A DNA stretch of 64,000 bases from an uncultured Gammaproteobacteria bacterium (GCA_964612595.1 CAZTFB010000001.1:67058-131057); one strand, 5' to 3'; positions 19,209 to 27,796 are shown, counted from the first letter of the stretch. A program made the numbers and translations. The notes: generated by a model from the sequence alone, not told the origin.

Positions 19209-21186
19209 TGGTATCTAATTCAGCTTGTGCTTCCTCTTCGGTCATATTCCTATCATCTCTTCCAAAGGTCATTCGTACAGTTACCTTATTCTGAAATGTT
19301 GACAGTACATCAAGTGAAAGTAAGTACGGAGATGCTTTGAGTGCCTTTTCTGTCAATAAGCCATATGTGCGTGAGGGTGAGGATTCGTATGTGTAGTCTC
19401 GCTTTATGCGAGCAAATCTTGCTCCTTCTTCGTATTTACTATATTTTTCGACATATGAAAGAGTTTTCGCAAGTGATACTTCTGCAACAGCAACTGTTGT
19501 ATCGATATCTAAGTGTGCACTTATCTGTTTTTGAAGAAGACCAATATAGCCAACAGGTTCGTCTTGTATGAGTATTGTAGCCGATGTGGCACTTGTAAGA
19601 TAACGTACTCCCCCATCAGGAACAAAGCGTACGTTTCTAACTTTTAGAATCGTGAAAAGGTTTTCGACTGTGCCTTTAAGCGCAGCATATCCTTCAGTTG
19701 AGACAAGACCAATGTTCTCTACCTCTAACGGGAGTTCATTATCAACTTTATTATAAATTCGAGCGCATTCAAAAAACTTCATCGTCTCTTTGTATCCTTT
19801 ATTTGTGGCAATATTGTTCACAAGCGAAGGAATAAGTGAGGTACGCATAAATTCAATATCTTCTGAAATTGTGTTAGCCAAGTGAAGATGGTCATCACTG
19901 TTTACATTGAATAAGGTAATTAGTTTTTTCGAAATCATAGAATAGTTGAGTTGTTCATTATATCCTGTTGCACGCAGATACTCTCGCATAAGTACTTGGG
20001 CATCGAATATGTTTTGAAGTTCAAGAGGCTGATCTATAGGTACACCTATTTCTAAAAGTCCTGGAATATTATGATATCCATATATTCGAGCGATTTCCTC
20101 AACAATATCGGCAGGTGTAGCAACGTCTTTAGCTCTGTAGCTAGGAACGGTCACGCGTATCTCTTGATCGCTGAGCACTTCAACTCTAAATCCAAGTGGG
20201 GTTATCAGTTCAGCTATTTCTGTTCCAAGTAGCTCTGTGTTTGTTATCGTGCGAATATACGCTACATTCAGGTCAATGGTGACGCTTGTCTTTTTTGTTG
20301 GGTACACATCAATGATTGCAGATGAAGGCTTACCTCCAGCATATTTGGAGAGCAGATTTATACCATACACCAGCGCAGGTTCTACTCGCTCTTCATCAAG
20401 TCCTTTTTCAAAGTATGCTACCGCCATACTACGTTGACCCGTACTCATAGAGGTTCTTCGTAACATGCGTTTATTATAGGTTTCGATACACAAGAGCACA
20501 TTTTTTGTGCTGGTAGTTATTGCGGAGTTGTAGCCACCCATAATGCCGGCCAGGTCGATCAGTGTACCGCTTCCATCTTCAATAACTATATCGTCGCCTG
20601 GTAATATAAACTCTTTCTTATCAAGTGTCATAATTTTTTCACCTTTCTTGCTTTTGCGAATGCGCATTGTGCGCCCAGCAATTTTGTCCAAGTCAAACGT
20701 GTGGTTTGGTTGTCCGAGAGCAATCATTATGTAATTTGATATGTCGACAACATTATTAATGACACTAATGCCACAAGCTTTAAGACGTTCTTGTATAAAT
20801 GCTGGAGAGGGACCGATAGTCACCTCACTCAGCACAACTGCAGACACACGTGATGCAAGCTCCTCAGATTCGAGCTCTACAGCAATCTGATGTAAGGGGT
20901 TAGTAATAGTGCTGTCAAAAGTAAGATCTAATAAAGGGTTAGACTTCAGTTTTGCTAACTTGTTATAACGTGGTAATATTGCTGCACATTCAAGAGCAAA
21001 ACCAAAGGCTGATGCAGCATCTATACGGTTTGAAGTTACCTCCACATCATACACATAATCATCTCCAATCTTTTCAATAGTTTCGACATTTGGTCCACAT
21101 AGTGATACGTAGTCTTGAATCTCTTGAGGTGTAGCATCTGTCTCAAGGTAGTCAAGAAGCATGTTGTGTGTAAATTTTACGTTCAT
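19192..21186 (-). CDS. pheT: Phenylalanyl-tRNA synthetase beta subunit (short form, no N-terminal tRNA-binding OB domain)
   Basis: 664 aa. B3/B4 and B5 region similarity and a C-terminal FDX-ACB-like domain, directly downstream of pheS. Confidence 0.85.
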   Translation of the reverse strand: MNVKFTHNMLLDYLETDATPQEIQDYVSLCGPNVETIEKIGDDYVYDVEVTSNRIDAASAFGFALECAAILPRYNKLAKLKSNPLLDLTFDSTITNPLHQIAVELESEELASRVSAVVLSEVTIGPSPAFIQERLKACGISVINNVVDISNYIMIALGQPNHTFDLDKIAGRTMRIRKSKKGEKIMTLDKKEFILPGDDIVIEDGSGTLIDLAGIMGGYNSAITTSTKNVLLCIETYNKRMLRRTSMSTGQRSMAVAYFEKGLDEERVEPALVYGINLLSKYAGGKPSSAIIDVYPTKKTSVTIDLNVAYIRTITNTELLGTEIAELITPLGFRVEVLSDQEIRVTVPSYRAKDVATPADIVEEIARIYGYHNIPGLLEIGVPIDQPLELQNIFDAQVLMREYLRATGYNEQLNYSMISKKLITLFNVNSDDHLHLANTISEDIEFMRTSLIPSLVNNIATNKGYKETMKFFECARIYNKVDNELPLEVENIGLVSTEGYAALKGTVENLFTILKVRNVRFVPDGGVRYLTSATSATILIQDEPVGYIGLLQKQISAHLDIDTTVAVAEVSLAKTLSYVEKYSKYEEGARFARIKRDYTYESSPSRTYGLLTEKALKASPYLLSLDVLSTFQNKVTVRMTFGRDDRNMTEEEAQAELDTITATL

Positions 21187-21187
21187 A

Positions 21188-22204
21188 TTAAAATTGTGTT
21201 AAAAACCCCAACTCACCTGAATATATAACGCGCAGATCAGGAATAGACACACCTCCACGCATCATTGCAACCCGTTCTACGCCGAATCCAAATGCCCAGC
21301 CTGTATATTTATCAGGGTCAATGCCGCCCTCTTTTAATACGTTGGGGTGAACCATGCCAGCACCTCCTAATTCGAGCCATCCGGCTCTCCCTATAGATGT
21401 GGTACCTGTATGAATATCTACCTCAAAGGACGGTTCAGTAAAGAGAAAATCATATGGTCGAAGCCGAATTTTACATGCTCGACCAAAGAATTCTCGCACA
21501 AAATACTCTATCGTTCCTTTGAGATGAGAAATATTGATTCCTTTATCGATACAGAGGCCTTCAAATTGATGGAACATAGGGGTATGTGTGCTGTCCCAAT
21601 TAGGTCTATATGTGCGAGAAATATTGATCATGCGCACTGGTGGCTTTCCACGGCGTAACATTTCTCGCACCTGTCCTGAAGAAGTATGTGGTGTGAGTAA
21701 CATTTTGCCATGTTTCTCATGTTCCGGCGCATCTATAAAAAAAGTCTCAAAATCATCGCGCGCCGGGTGGATTTTAGGCATATTGAGGGCATCAAAGGCG
21801 TAGTATTCCCATTCGACCTCAGGGTATGACATATTTATAAAACCAATTTTTGCATATATATCTCGTATGTCTTTAATTGTTTGAGATACAATATGAAGCG
21901 AACCAAGTTCTTGTGAGGTGCCGGGTAGAGTAGGATCAATCCAGATTTTAGTATCTTCCTGTTGGAGAAGGTCAGTTCGTTTTTGTGCGAGCTCTAGCTC
22001 TGTAAACCGCTTTACCTCGTTAATTTTCTCTCCATGTTCTTTAATTTTCTCCTTAGGAAGATCTTTAAGTTGAGCAAATAACGCATTGAGAAGTCCCTTT
22101 CGACCAAGAAATTCTGTTGCAATCTTTTCAAGATCTTGAAGTGAAGCAACAGTAGCGAGCTTAGTTTTTAACGATTGTTGTAAGCTCGCCAACGCATCGT
22201 CCAT
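21188..22204 (-). CDS. pheS: Phenylalanyl-tRNA synthetase alpha subunit
   Basis: 338 aa. Class II motifs, HPARDDFETFFI, FEGLCID, GWAFGFGVERVAMMR. Confidence 0.95.
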   Translation of the reverse strand: MDDALASLQQSLKTKLATVASLQDLEKIATEFLGRKGLLNALFAQLKDLPKEKIKEHGEKINEVKRFTELELAQKRTDLLQQEDTKIWIDPTLPGTSQELGSLHIVSQTIKDIRDIYAKIGFINMSYPEVEWEYYAFDALNMPKIHPARDDFETFFIDAPEHEKHGKMLLTPHTSSGQVREMLRRGKPPVRMINISRTYRPNWDSTHTPMFHQFEGLCIDKGINISHLKGTIEYFVREFFGRACKIRLRPYDFLFTEPSFEVDIHTGTTSIGRAGWLELGGAGMVHPNVLKEGGIDPDKYTGWAFGFGVERVAMMRGGVSIPDLRVIYSGELGFLTQF

Positions 22205-22211
22205 AGAAGGT

Positions 22212-22556
22212 TTACTTATTAACAGTTTCTACAATTTTTCTAAATATTTCTGGCTTTTCAGTAGCAAAATGAGCCAAGATTTTTCTATCTAGTAAAACGT
22301 TGTGAGTTTTTAAATTGTTAATAAATGTACTGTAATTAGTTTCGAGTGCGTGTAAACCTGCATTAATGCGTGTAATCCAGAGCTGACGGAAGTTTCTTTT
22401 GCGGAGTTTTCGCCCCATGAAGGCATATTCCCCAGCATGTAGTACTGCTTGTGTTGCTACTTTAATCTGCTTTCTTCGAGTCATTCTATACCCTTTTGCA
22501 AGATCAAGTATTTTATTGTGTCGCTGCCTTGTTCTGACGCCTCCTTTAATTCTCAT
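22212..22556 (-). CDS. rplT: 50S ribosomal protein L20
   Basis: MRIKGGVRTRQRHNKILDLAKGY..RRNFRQLWITRINA is canonical L20. Confidence 0.95.
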   Translation of the reverse strand: MRIKGGVRTRQRHNKILDLAKGYRMTRRKQIKVATQAVLHAGEYAFMGRKLRKRNFRQLWITRINAGLHALETNYSTFINNLKTHNVLLDRKILAHFATEKPEIFRKIVETVNK

Positions 22557-22750
22557 ACGCCTAACATTTTCTTAATTTTAACTTTAAACACACCATTAAC
22601 TTCTTTCATCAATTTTTGAGCACGTAAACGTCGGTTAGACTTATTGCTTTTTAAATGTCTGACACCATGACCACGATGGAGAACCTTCCCAGTTCCCGTA
22701 ACCTTGAAGCGTTTAGACGCTGCATTTCTGGTTTTTAATTTAGTTTTCAT
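22553..22750 (-). CDS. rpmI: 50S ribosomal protein L35
   Basis: Internal Met gives MKTKLKTRNAASKRFKVTGTGKVLHRGHG.. (65 aa), a typical L35. The tracked ORF is extended upstream into infC. Confidence 0.9.
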   Translation of the reverse strand: MKTKLKTRNAASKRFKVTGTGKVLHRGHGVRHLKSNKSNRRLRAQKLMKEVNGVFKVKIKKMLGV

Positions 22751-22751
22751 A

Positions 22752-23291
22752 TTATGATTTTCCTTTTCGAACGACAACTGCCATAATGACTTTGCCTTGC
22801 ATCTTTGGTTCAACAGCAACCGTTGCCTCTTCAAGGGATCCTATAAACCCCTTCATAAGTTCACGCGCCATTTCTGTTTTTCCAAGTTCTCTACCTCTTA
22901 ATGGTAGTTTCACACGAACCTGAAATCCTTCGCCAAGGAACTCATGTGCCTTGTTGCGGAGTCTTCCAAGATCCTGATCACCAATAAAAAGCGAAAGTTG
23001 GATGTCTTTTGTACCACCCTTTTTCTGACCCTTTTTACTTTCCTTATTCTTTTTTTCTTCTTGATAGAGAAACTTATGGAAATCAATCGCCTTAATCACC
23101 TGCGGGTTTGCATGTGGGGCAATTAAAATCAGATCCACTTCGTTGGTTCGTGCATGCTCCAAGGCTTCTGCTCTCGAAACTACTCCAACCTGTTCTCCCT
23201 TTTCGTCAATGAGTCTGAATGTGTCTCCTTGAATGCGCTCGTTTGTTACGTATCTTCTTTGGAGCGAATTCGCGTTAGATTGGCTTCTCAA
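22752..23291 (-). CDS. infC: Translation initiation factor IF-3
   Basis: NERIQGDTFRLIDEKGEQVGVVSRAEAL, then a linker, then the C-domain. Conserved thrS-infC-rpmI-rplT order. The exact start is uncertain because infC genes often use non-ATG starts. Confidence 0.9.
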   Translation of the reverse strand: MRSQSNANSLQRRYVTNERIQGDTFRLIDEKGEQVGVVSRAEALEHARTNEVDLILIAPHANPQVIKAIDFHKFLYQEEKKNKESKKGQKKGGTKDIQLSLFIGDQDLGRLRNKAHEFLGEGFQVRVKLPLRGRELGKTEMARELMKGFIGSLEEATVAVEPKMQGKVIMAVVVRKGKS

Positions 23292-25026
23292 AATGTGTTT
23301 TGTTTTCCTTTATGAACTCGTAAAGACTCATTGTGCCTAAATCTTTTCCCTCACGGGAACGAAGGGAAAGCGTCTTATTAGTACTTTCCTTCTGCCCTAT
23401 TATACACAGGTACGGTACCTTTTGCAATGTCCAGTATCTTATTTTTGCAGACATGGTTTTATTGTCATAATCAGCTATGGCGCGTATTCCCTCTTTCTTT
23501 AATGCCATCAAAACATCCTCGGCATAACTGTGTTCGGTCTCCCTAATGGGAATAATAGCGAGTTGTGTTGGTGCGAGCCATGAGGGAAATTTTCCTGCGG
23601 TATGTTCGATATACACTGATAAAAAGCGCTCGAGCGATCCCATAAGTGCAAAATGGATCATTACAGGTGTCTGATCGTTACCTTCAGCATCGGTGTATGT
23701 TAATCCAAATCGCTTCGGTTGCACAAAGTCTAATTGTGGTGTAGCTAGTTGCCACTCGCGTCCTAAAGCGTCCGTAACCATAAAGTCGATTTTGGGCCCA
23801 TAGAATGCGGCTTCTCCTTCGGCTATATAGTAATCAAGCTGGTTTTTTTTGGCAATATCTAAGATAGTATCTTGGGCCAGATCCCATAGCGATGTATCGC
23901 CGAGGTACTTCTCTGGTTGAGATGGATCTCTAAATGACAACCGAGCTCTATATTTCATCCCAAGTGTGTCATAAAACCTTCTTGTTATGTCGATAAGATC
24001 CTGATATACCATTGAGATTTGCTCTGGCATACAAAAGGTATGACTGTCATCTTGTGTGACTGATCGTACGCGTGATAACCCTAGCAATTCACCTGCTTTC
24101 TCATCGCGGTAAATGGTTGTCGTTTCAAGATATTTAATGGGTAAATCCTTGTAACTCCTTGGGCGTGATGCATATATTTGTTGGTGATGTGGGCAGTTCA
24201 TTGGCTTCATCACGAGCTCATCACTTGTTTCTTGGCTTTTAACAAGAAATAATTCATCACCAAATTTGTCCCAATGTCCCGACGTTTGGTAGAGCTCTTT
24301 CTTTGTTATATGAGGTACCCAAACACGTTCAAAACCATTATCTAGGCGCAATCTTTGTGAGAATTCGTTTAATAATTCTCGCAATAGTGCTCCACGTGGT
24401 GTAAATAGAGGTAACCCTTTACCTACGAGATCGGAAAATACAAACAAGTCCAATTCTGTTCCTAGTTTTCTGTGGTCACGCTTCTTTGCTTCCTCGAGCA
24501 TGAGTAGGTGTGCATCGAGTTCTTCCTTAGTAGGAAAGCAGGTTCCATAAATGCGCGTGAGCATTGCATTTTTCTCATTTCCTCTCCAATATGCTCCCGC
24601 GACAGACAACAATTTAAAATACTTTAGCGTTTCCTTTGGATTATCAACATGTCCACCTTTGCATAGGTCGCGATAGCTTCCAGACTTATAGAAGCTTACT
24701 TTTTTTGTCCCACCTTCAGAAAACTCATCAATAAGTTCATGCTTATATGGATTATTAGGGTAGTCAGCTTTCGCTTCATCAGCTCCTAATTCGACGAGTT
24801 CGAACGTATCCCATGTTTTTAACAATTCACGCATTTTCTGCTCTATTTTTGGAAAATCATCGCCAGATATCGGCTGTTCAAATTCAAAATCGAAGTAAAA
24901 ACCGTTTTCAATAGCAGGTCCAATAGCTCGTTTAGTGTTTGGCCATACATCCATTACAGCTGCTGCAAGCAGATGAGCACAAGAATGACGTAAACTGTTT
25001 AATTGTTCCTGATTTTCATTATTCAT
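23275..25026 (-). CDS. thrS: Threonyl-tRNA synthetase lacking the N-terminal TGS domain
   Basis: 583 aa. Starts directly in the editing (N2) domain with HSCAHLLAAAV. Class II core and anticodon-binding domain are present. Confidence 0.95.
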   Translation of the reverse strand: MNNENQEQLNSLRHSCAHLLAAAVMDVWPNTKRAIGPAIENGFYFDFEFEQPISGDDFPKIEQKMRELLKTWDTFELVELGADEAKADYPNNPYKHELIDEFSEGGTKKVSFYKSGSYRDLCKGGHVDNPKETLKYFKLLSVAGAYWRGNEKNAMLTRIYGTCFPTKEELDAHLLMLEEAKKRDHRKLGTELDLFVFSDLVGKGLPLFTPRGALLRELLNEFSQRLRLDNGFERVWVPHITKKELYQTSGHWDKFGDELFLVKSQETSDELVMKPMNCPHHQQIYASRPRSYKDLPIKYLETTTIYRDEKAGELLGLSRVRSVTQDDSHTFCMPEQISMVYQDLIDITRRFYDTLGMKYRARLSFRDPSQPEKYLGDTSLWDLAQDTILDIAKKNQLDYYIAEGEAAFYGPKIDFMVTDALGREWQLATPQLDFVQPKRFGLTYTDAEGNDQTPVMIHFALMGSLERFLSVYIEHTAGKFPSWLAPTQLAIIPIRETEHSYAEDVLMALKKEGIRAIADYDNKTMSAKIRYWTLQKVPYLCIIGQKESTNKTLSLRSREGKDLGTMSLYEFIKENKTHFEKPI

Positions 25027-25070
25027 AATGATCCGACTTAATTATAAGTTATTGAACGTGTTATTGCTAC

Positions 25071-25140
25071 AAAAAAACCCGCCGAAGCGGGGTCTCTAGC
25101 TCTCTGCTCGCGCAGACAGACCACCGCTTATTGCGGGATC
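25071..25140 (-). promoter_or_regulatory. thrS leader attenuator: alternative hairpins 1:2, 2:3 (antiterminator) and 3:4 (terminator + U7)
   Basis: Minus strand: seg1 GATCCCGC 25140..25133; seg2 GCGGTGGTC 25127..25119; seg3 GACCCCGC 25094..25087; UUCG loop; seg4 GCGGG 25082..25078; T7 25077..25071. Seg2 is complementary to both seg1 and seg3. Confidence 0.6.
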
Positions 25141-25178
25141 GTAGTAGTGGTCAATTGTGAAAATTTTGTCTGCTTCAT
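25128..25178 (-). CDS. Putative thrS leader peptide MKQTKFSQLTTTTIPQ (16 aa)
   Basis: Hand translation gives ATG AAG CAG ACA AAA TTT TCA CAA TTG ACC ACT ACT ACG ATC CCG CAA TAA. There are four consecutive Thr codons just before attenuator segment 1, and the stop codon sits in the 1:2 loop. Confidence 0.55.
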   Translation of the reverse strand: MKQTKFSQLTTTTIPQ

Positions 25179-25188
25179 ACTTAGTGCG

Positions 25189-25197
25189 ATTATAACA
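25189..25197 (-). promoter_or_regulatory. Extended -10 promoter (TGTTATAAT) for the thrS leader
   Basis: Minus strand reads TGTTATAAT, and the leader ATG begins 10 nt after the hexamer. Confidence 0.5.
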
Positions 25198-25373
25198 TAT
25201 ACGACATATCCCCATAAAATTACTCATGTGTTTGAACAATCCAGGATCTTTTAGAGAGCTACTTTATCTATGTGCTAGTACAAAAACACTAAAGTATTAA
25301 TTGTGAGCTCGAGAATAATTAAAAATTCTTCCACGTACTAGTACATGCAAAAGTGCGTCATAAAAAACAGAGT

Positions 25374-25541
25374 ATGATATCTCTTTTTAAACTACTGGTT
25401 GTGGACAATTCAGGCGATGGTTGGAACCCCATCTTTGATACCCTGCTTCGAATATACCAAAAATTTAAAGACCTCGGTTTAACCTATTGTGAAGGTAAAG
25501 TTACGATAATTGATGTTGAAAAGGAGAATCTCCATGTTTAA
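25374..25541 (+). CDS. Small hypothetical ORF (55 aa from the internal ATG)
   Basis: ORF only. Its stop overlaps the next ORF start, which has an AAGGAG RBS. No recognisable motif. Confidence 0.25.
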   Translation: MISLFKLLVVDNSGDGWNPIFDTLLRIYQKFKDLGLTYCEGKVTIIDVEKENLHV

Positions 25542-25803
25542 TCTCCTTAAAACACTATTTCCTCAGAATGATTTAATAGACTCAAAGTTGTTTGATGAGC
25601 ACACTTTCTATCAAGCATTTGTTCGGGATCTGAAAAAGTGCAAAAAAGAGGTCATTATTGAATGCTCTTTTATAACAAGTACAAGAAAGGAGAAATTGCT
25701 ACTTGTATTTAGGGAATTGCTCTATAGAAAGGTAAAAGTCCATATTATTACCAGAGATCCGGTTGAACACGAGGAGTTTTCCAGCAACCTCTTTTTGAGT
25801 TAA
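25534..25803 (+). pseudogene. PLD-like nuclease family protein, N-terminal fragment only
   Basis: AAGGAG RBS, then MFNLL..FYQAFVRDLKKCKKEVIIECSFITSTRKEKLL..KVKVHIITRDPVEHEE. This resembles the first lobe of PLD-like (PLDc_2) nucleases, but the ORF ends before any HxK motif. Confidence 0.45.
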
Positions 25804-25872
25804 GCCTTTCCCGGATCGTGCTTTCTTTAGAGTTTTTCCAAGTATCGTATCTTCCTTACGGATGTATGGCAT
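25699..25872 (-). pseudogene. XRE-family helix-turn-helix protein fragment
   Basis: Hand translation gives MPYIRKEDTILGKTLKKARSGKGLTQKEVAGKL, a typical HTH_3 start. From about 25774 onward it degenerates into the antisense of the PLD fragment. Confidence 0.4.
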
Positions 25873-25980
25873 GAAATAAAAGAGTATAGATTGACAAAAC
25901 TTTTCCTAGTGAGCCCTTCTTGCGGCTAAAAGTAAGACAGCAGTAGTATTATTACAAATCTTTTTCAAAAAACATTACTA

Positions 25981-26685
25981 CTACTCTGCGTATTGTGTTA
26001 TTCGAGACATAAAAGTTCTACTCGCTACCTGAGGAACAAGAGGTTTTCCGCCGCGTGCACGAAAACTTGTGTCTTGCTGATCATCTCTATAAAATCCAGG
26101 TGCAATGACTGAAAGCTGAAATCCCTCTCGAGATAACCTCTCATGCTGCCTGTCTAATCTTGCATGCTCCTCATAACTGGTCCCGTGTGCATGTCCTCCT
26201 ACATCGGCTGGGTACCGGTCTTCCGCCATTTTGTTCCTTCTGTCAAACTCTGCTTTCTCTCTAATGAAAGATGCTGTCTTTCTTTTCAACCACTCTGAAC
26301 CTGCTTTTGTCAGTTCATGAGGTTGACAACTAATTGGTACTCCTGATGTAACAGCTTCTCTAAGCTTATCTTGGGCTAATTTAAGTCGAGCGAGCATTTC
26401 TTGAGAACCCATTTCTGGAAATTGCGGTTCCTTTTCTTGATTTACTGCTTGAATCTCAGCATCATAGAAGCCCGGAATTAAGGCGGTTAATCGGTAGGTA
26501 TCTAAGGCGGTAACTAATCTTGGAACAACATGCTTATCGTCGTATTTTTGCATTTGAGATCGTTGCATTGATTCGTATTGACCTATTAATGCTCCAAGGT
26601 CAGTCAATACAGATTCACATGTAGTCATTGGTAGGCGATTTACACCTGTGTTTATGTCTTTTTCTGCATTAGGCTCATTATCCAT
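25981..26685 (-). CDS. Hypothetical protein (234 aa) with an internal repeated motif
   Basis: Intact ORF. Motif LTALIPGFYDAE is repeated as LSVIAPGFYRDD. GC looks higher than the surroundings by eye. No family recognised. Confidence 0.5.
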   Translation of the reverse strand: MDNEPNAEKDINTGVNRLPMTTCESVLTDLGALIGQYESMQRSQMQKYDDKHVVPRLVTALDTYRLTALIPGFYDAEIQAVNQEKEPQFPEMGSQEMLARLKLAQDKLREAVTSGVPISCQPHELTKAGSEWLKRKTASFIREKAEFDRRNKMAEDRYPADVGGHAHGTSYEEHARLDRQHERLSREGFQLSVIAPGFYRDDQQDTSFRARGGKPLVPQVASRTFMSRITQYAE

Positions 26686-26717
26686 ACGATTAAGTTATTG
26701 TAACCAAACTTTATTGC

Positions 26718-26746
26718 ATGTTATTCTCTCTCTCTCTGAAAGTCAA
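26718..26746 (-). promoter_or_regulatory. Candidate promoter TTGACT-N17-TAACAT with a (GA)6 repeat filling the spacer
   Basis: Minus strand has TTGACT (26746..26741), spacer ttcagagagagagagaa, then TAACAT (26723..26718), 32 nt upstream of the 234-aa ORF. Confidence 0.35.
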
Positions 26747-27020
26747 GCGGTAATTTAATACTAGCTAAACTTGTTATCTGTAAGAAAATTGGTGTGTGTT
26801 TTGTTATCAACCTTTCTTAATTTTACTCCAAATAATTCGCATTTTGCGATATGTTAATTCTCATCTTCATCATCTTTCTCATAATCTGAGGAAATGATAA
26901 TCAATTTAATACGTTCCGTTTGCCTTGTTTAAAGGTATGTAGCTGATTTCTCGTAGCCGGATGAAATAGAAGTGGCTTGCTTCCTGAATACTCCTGCTTT
27001 AACTGAATAGGGAGCACTCT

Positions 27021-27504
27021 TCATAAGTAAATAATGATTTGGTTATTGGGACATAAGAAATGTATATGAAGTGCGAATATAGCGTCATCCTCCCAGTACT
27101 CTTCATTTATTGCAGAAAATACACGCTTCACCAGTGTTCGAAGCACGAGACGAGATGTATGCGGATCAATAATAAACAGCAGTACATGGGCAATATGTCC
27201 TTGTGACTTTAGTCGTAAGTATGCATCAGGTTTAATCTTTTCCAGTAGTTTTAATGAGGGAAAATAGGAGGGAGTCAAGAATTGAACTATATGTGAAGCT
27301 GTCCTTGATATGTTTTCTTCCTTTGGTCGTTAAGTAGCATACTGCTGGTTTAGTTACGTGTCCATTGATTGGTGTATATTCCCTAACGATACATTTCTTC
27401 TCTTCTAAATCTTTTAACCAGCTATTGACTCTTCGATGAGCTATATGACTCATAAACTCCTGCATCTGTTTAGTGTTTAAGAATCTGAATATGTATAGCA
27501 GCAT
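27021..27504 (-). pseudogene. Replication-relaxation (Replic_Relax) family protein, frameshifted
   Basis: ORF 27232..27504 (FLNTKQMQEFM..RRVNSWLKDLEEKKCIVREY..AVCYLTTKGRKHI, a winged-helix N-terminus) continues in another frame as ORF 27021..27278 (KPDAYLRLKSQG..LLFIIDPHTS). Confidence 0.5.
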
Positions 27505-27796
27505 CCTCTTTCTTTGTTATTGTTTTCTAGCCATTGGCACTTGTTATTATTAATGTTGCTTTGAAATAACATGTTCTTTGTATATATTAATAAGTAGTGT
27601 ATATTTATTAATTACCGTAGGTATGTAATCTGAATATTATGCGTGTAATAGGATTAGTATTAATTACGTCAATGATATATTGAGCCCCCCTACTCCAATA
27701 CATTAGGAAATGTACCACATTTCTTTTCAAATGCAGGGCTAATAGTCTTAAGAATTGTCCCAGAAGGGTGGGGCAGATAATGTCTTCATTTTACGC

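Noticed and set aside
25071-25182. T-box riboswitch upstream of thrS (GCGGUGGUC resembles the T-box GGUGGU core and sits before a terminator)
   Set aside because: The leader is only about 105 nt. It has no Stem I, no specifier loop with a GA/K-turn, and no 7-nt antiterminator bulge. The short ORF with four Thr codons plus the duplicated segment 1/3 explains the structure better as leader-peptide attenuation.
27579-27667. AT-rich repeats (TGTATAT..TATTAAT twice; exact TATTAATTAC at 27606 and 27658) as plasmid iterons or an origin
   Set aside because: Two copies in a sequence of about 75% AT are weak evidence. They are mentioned under the island finding but not called as a feature.
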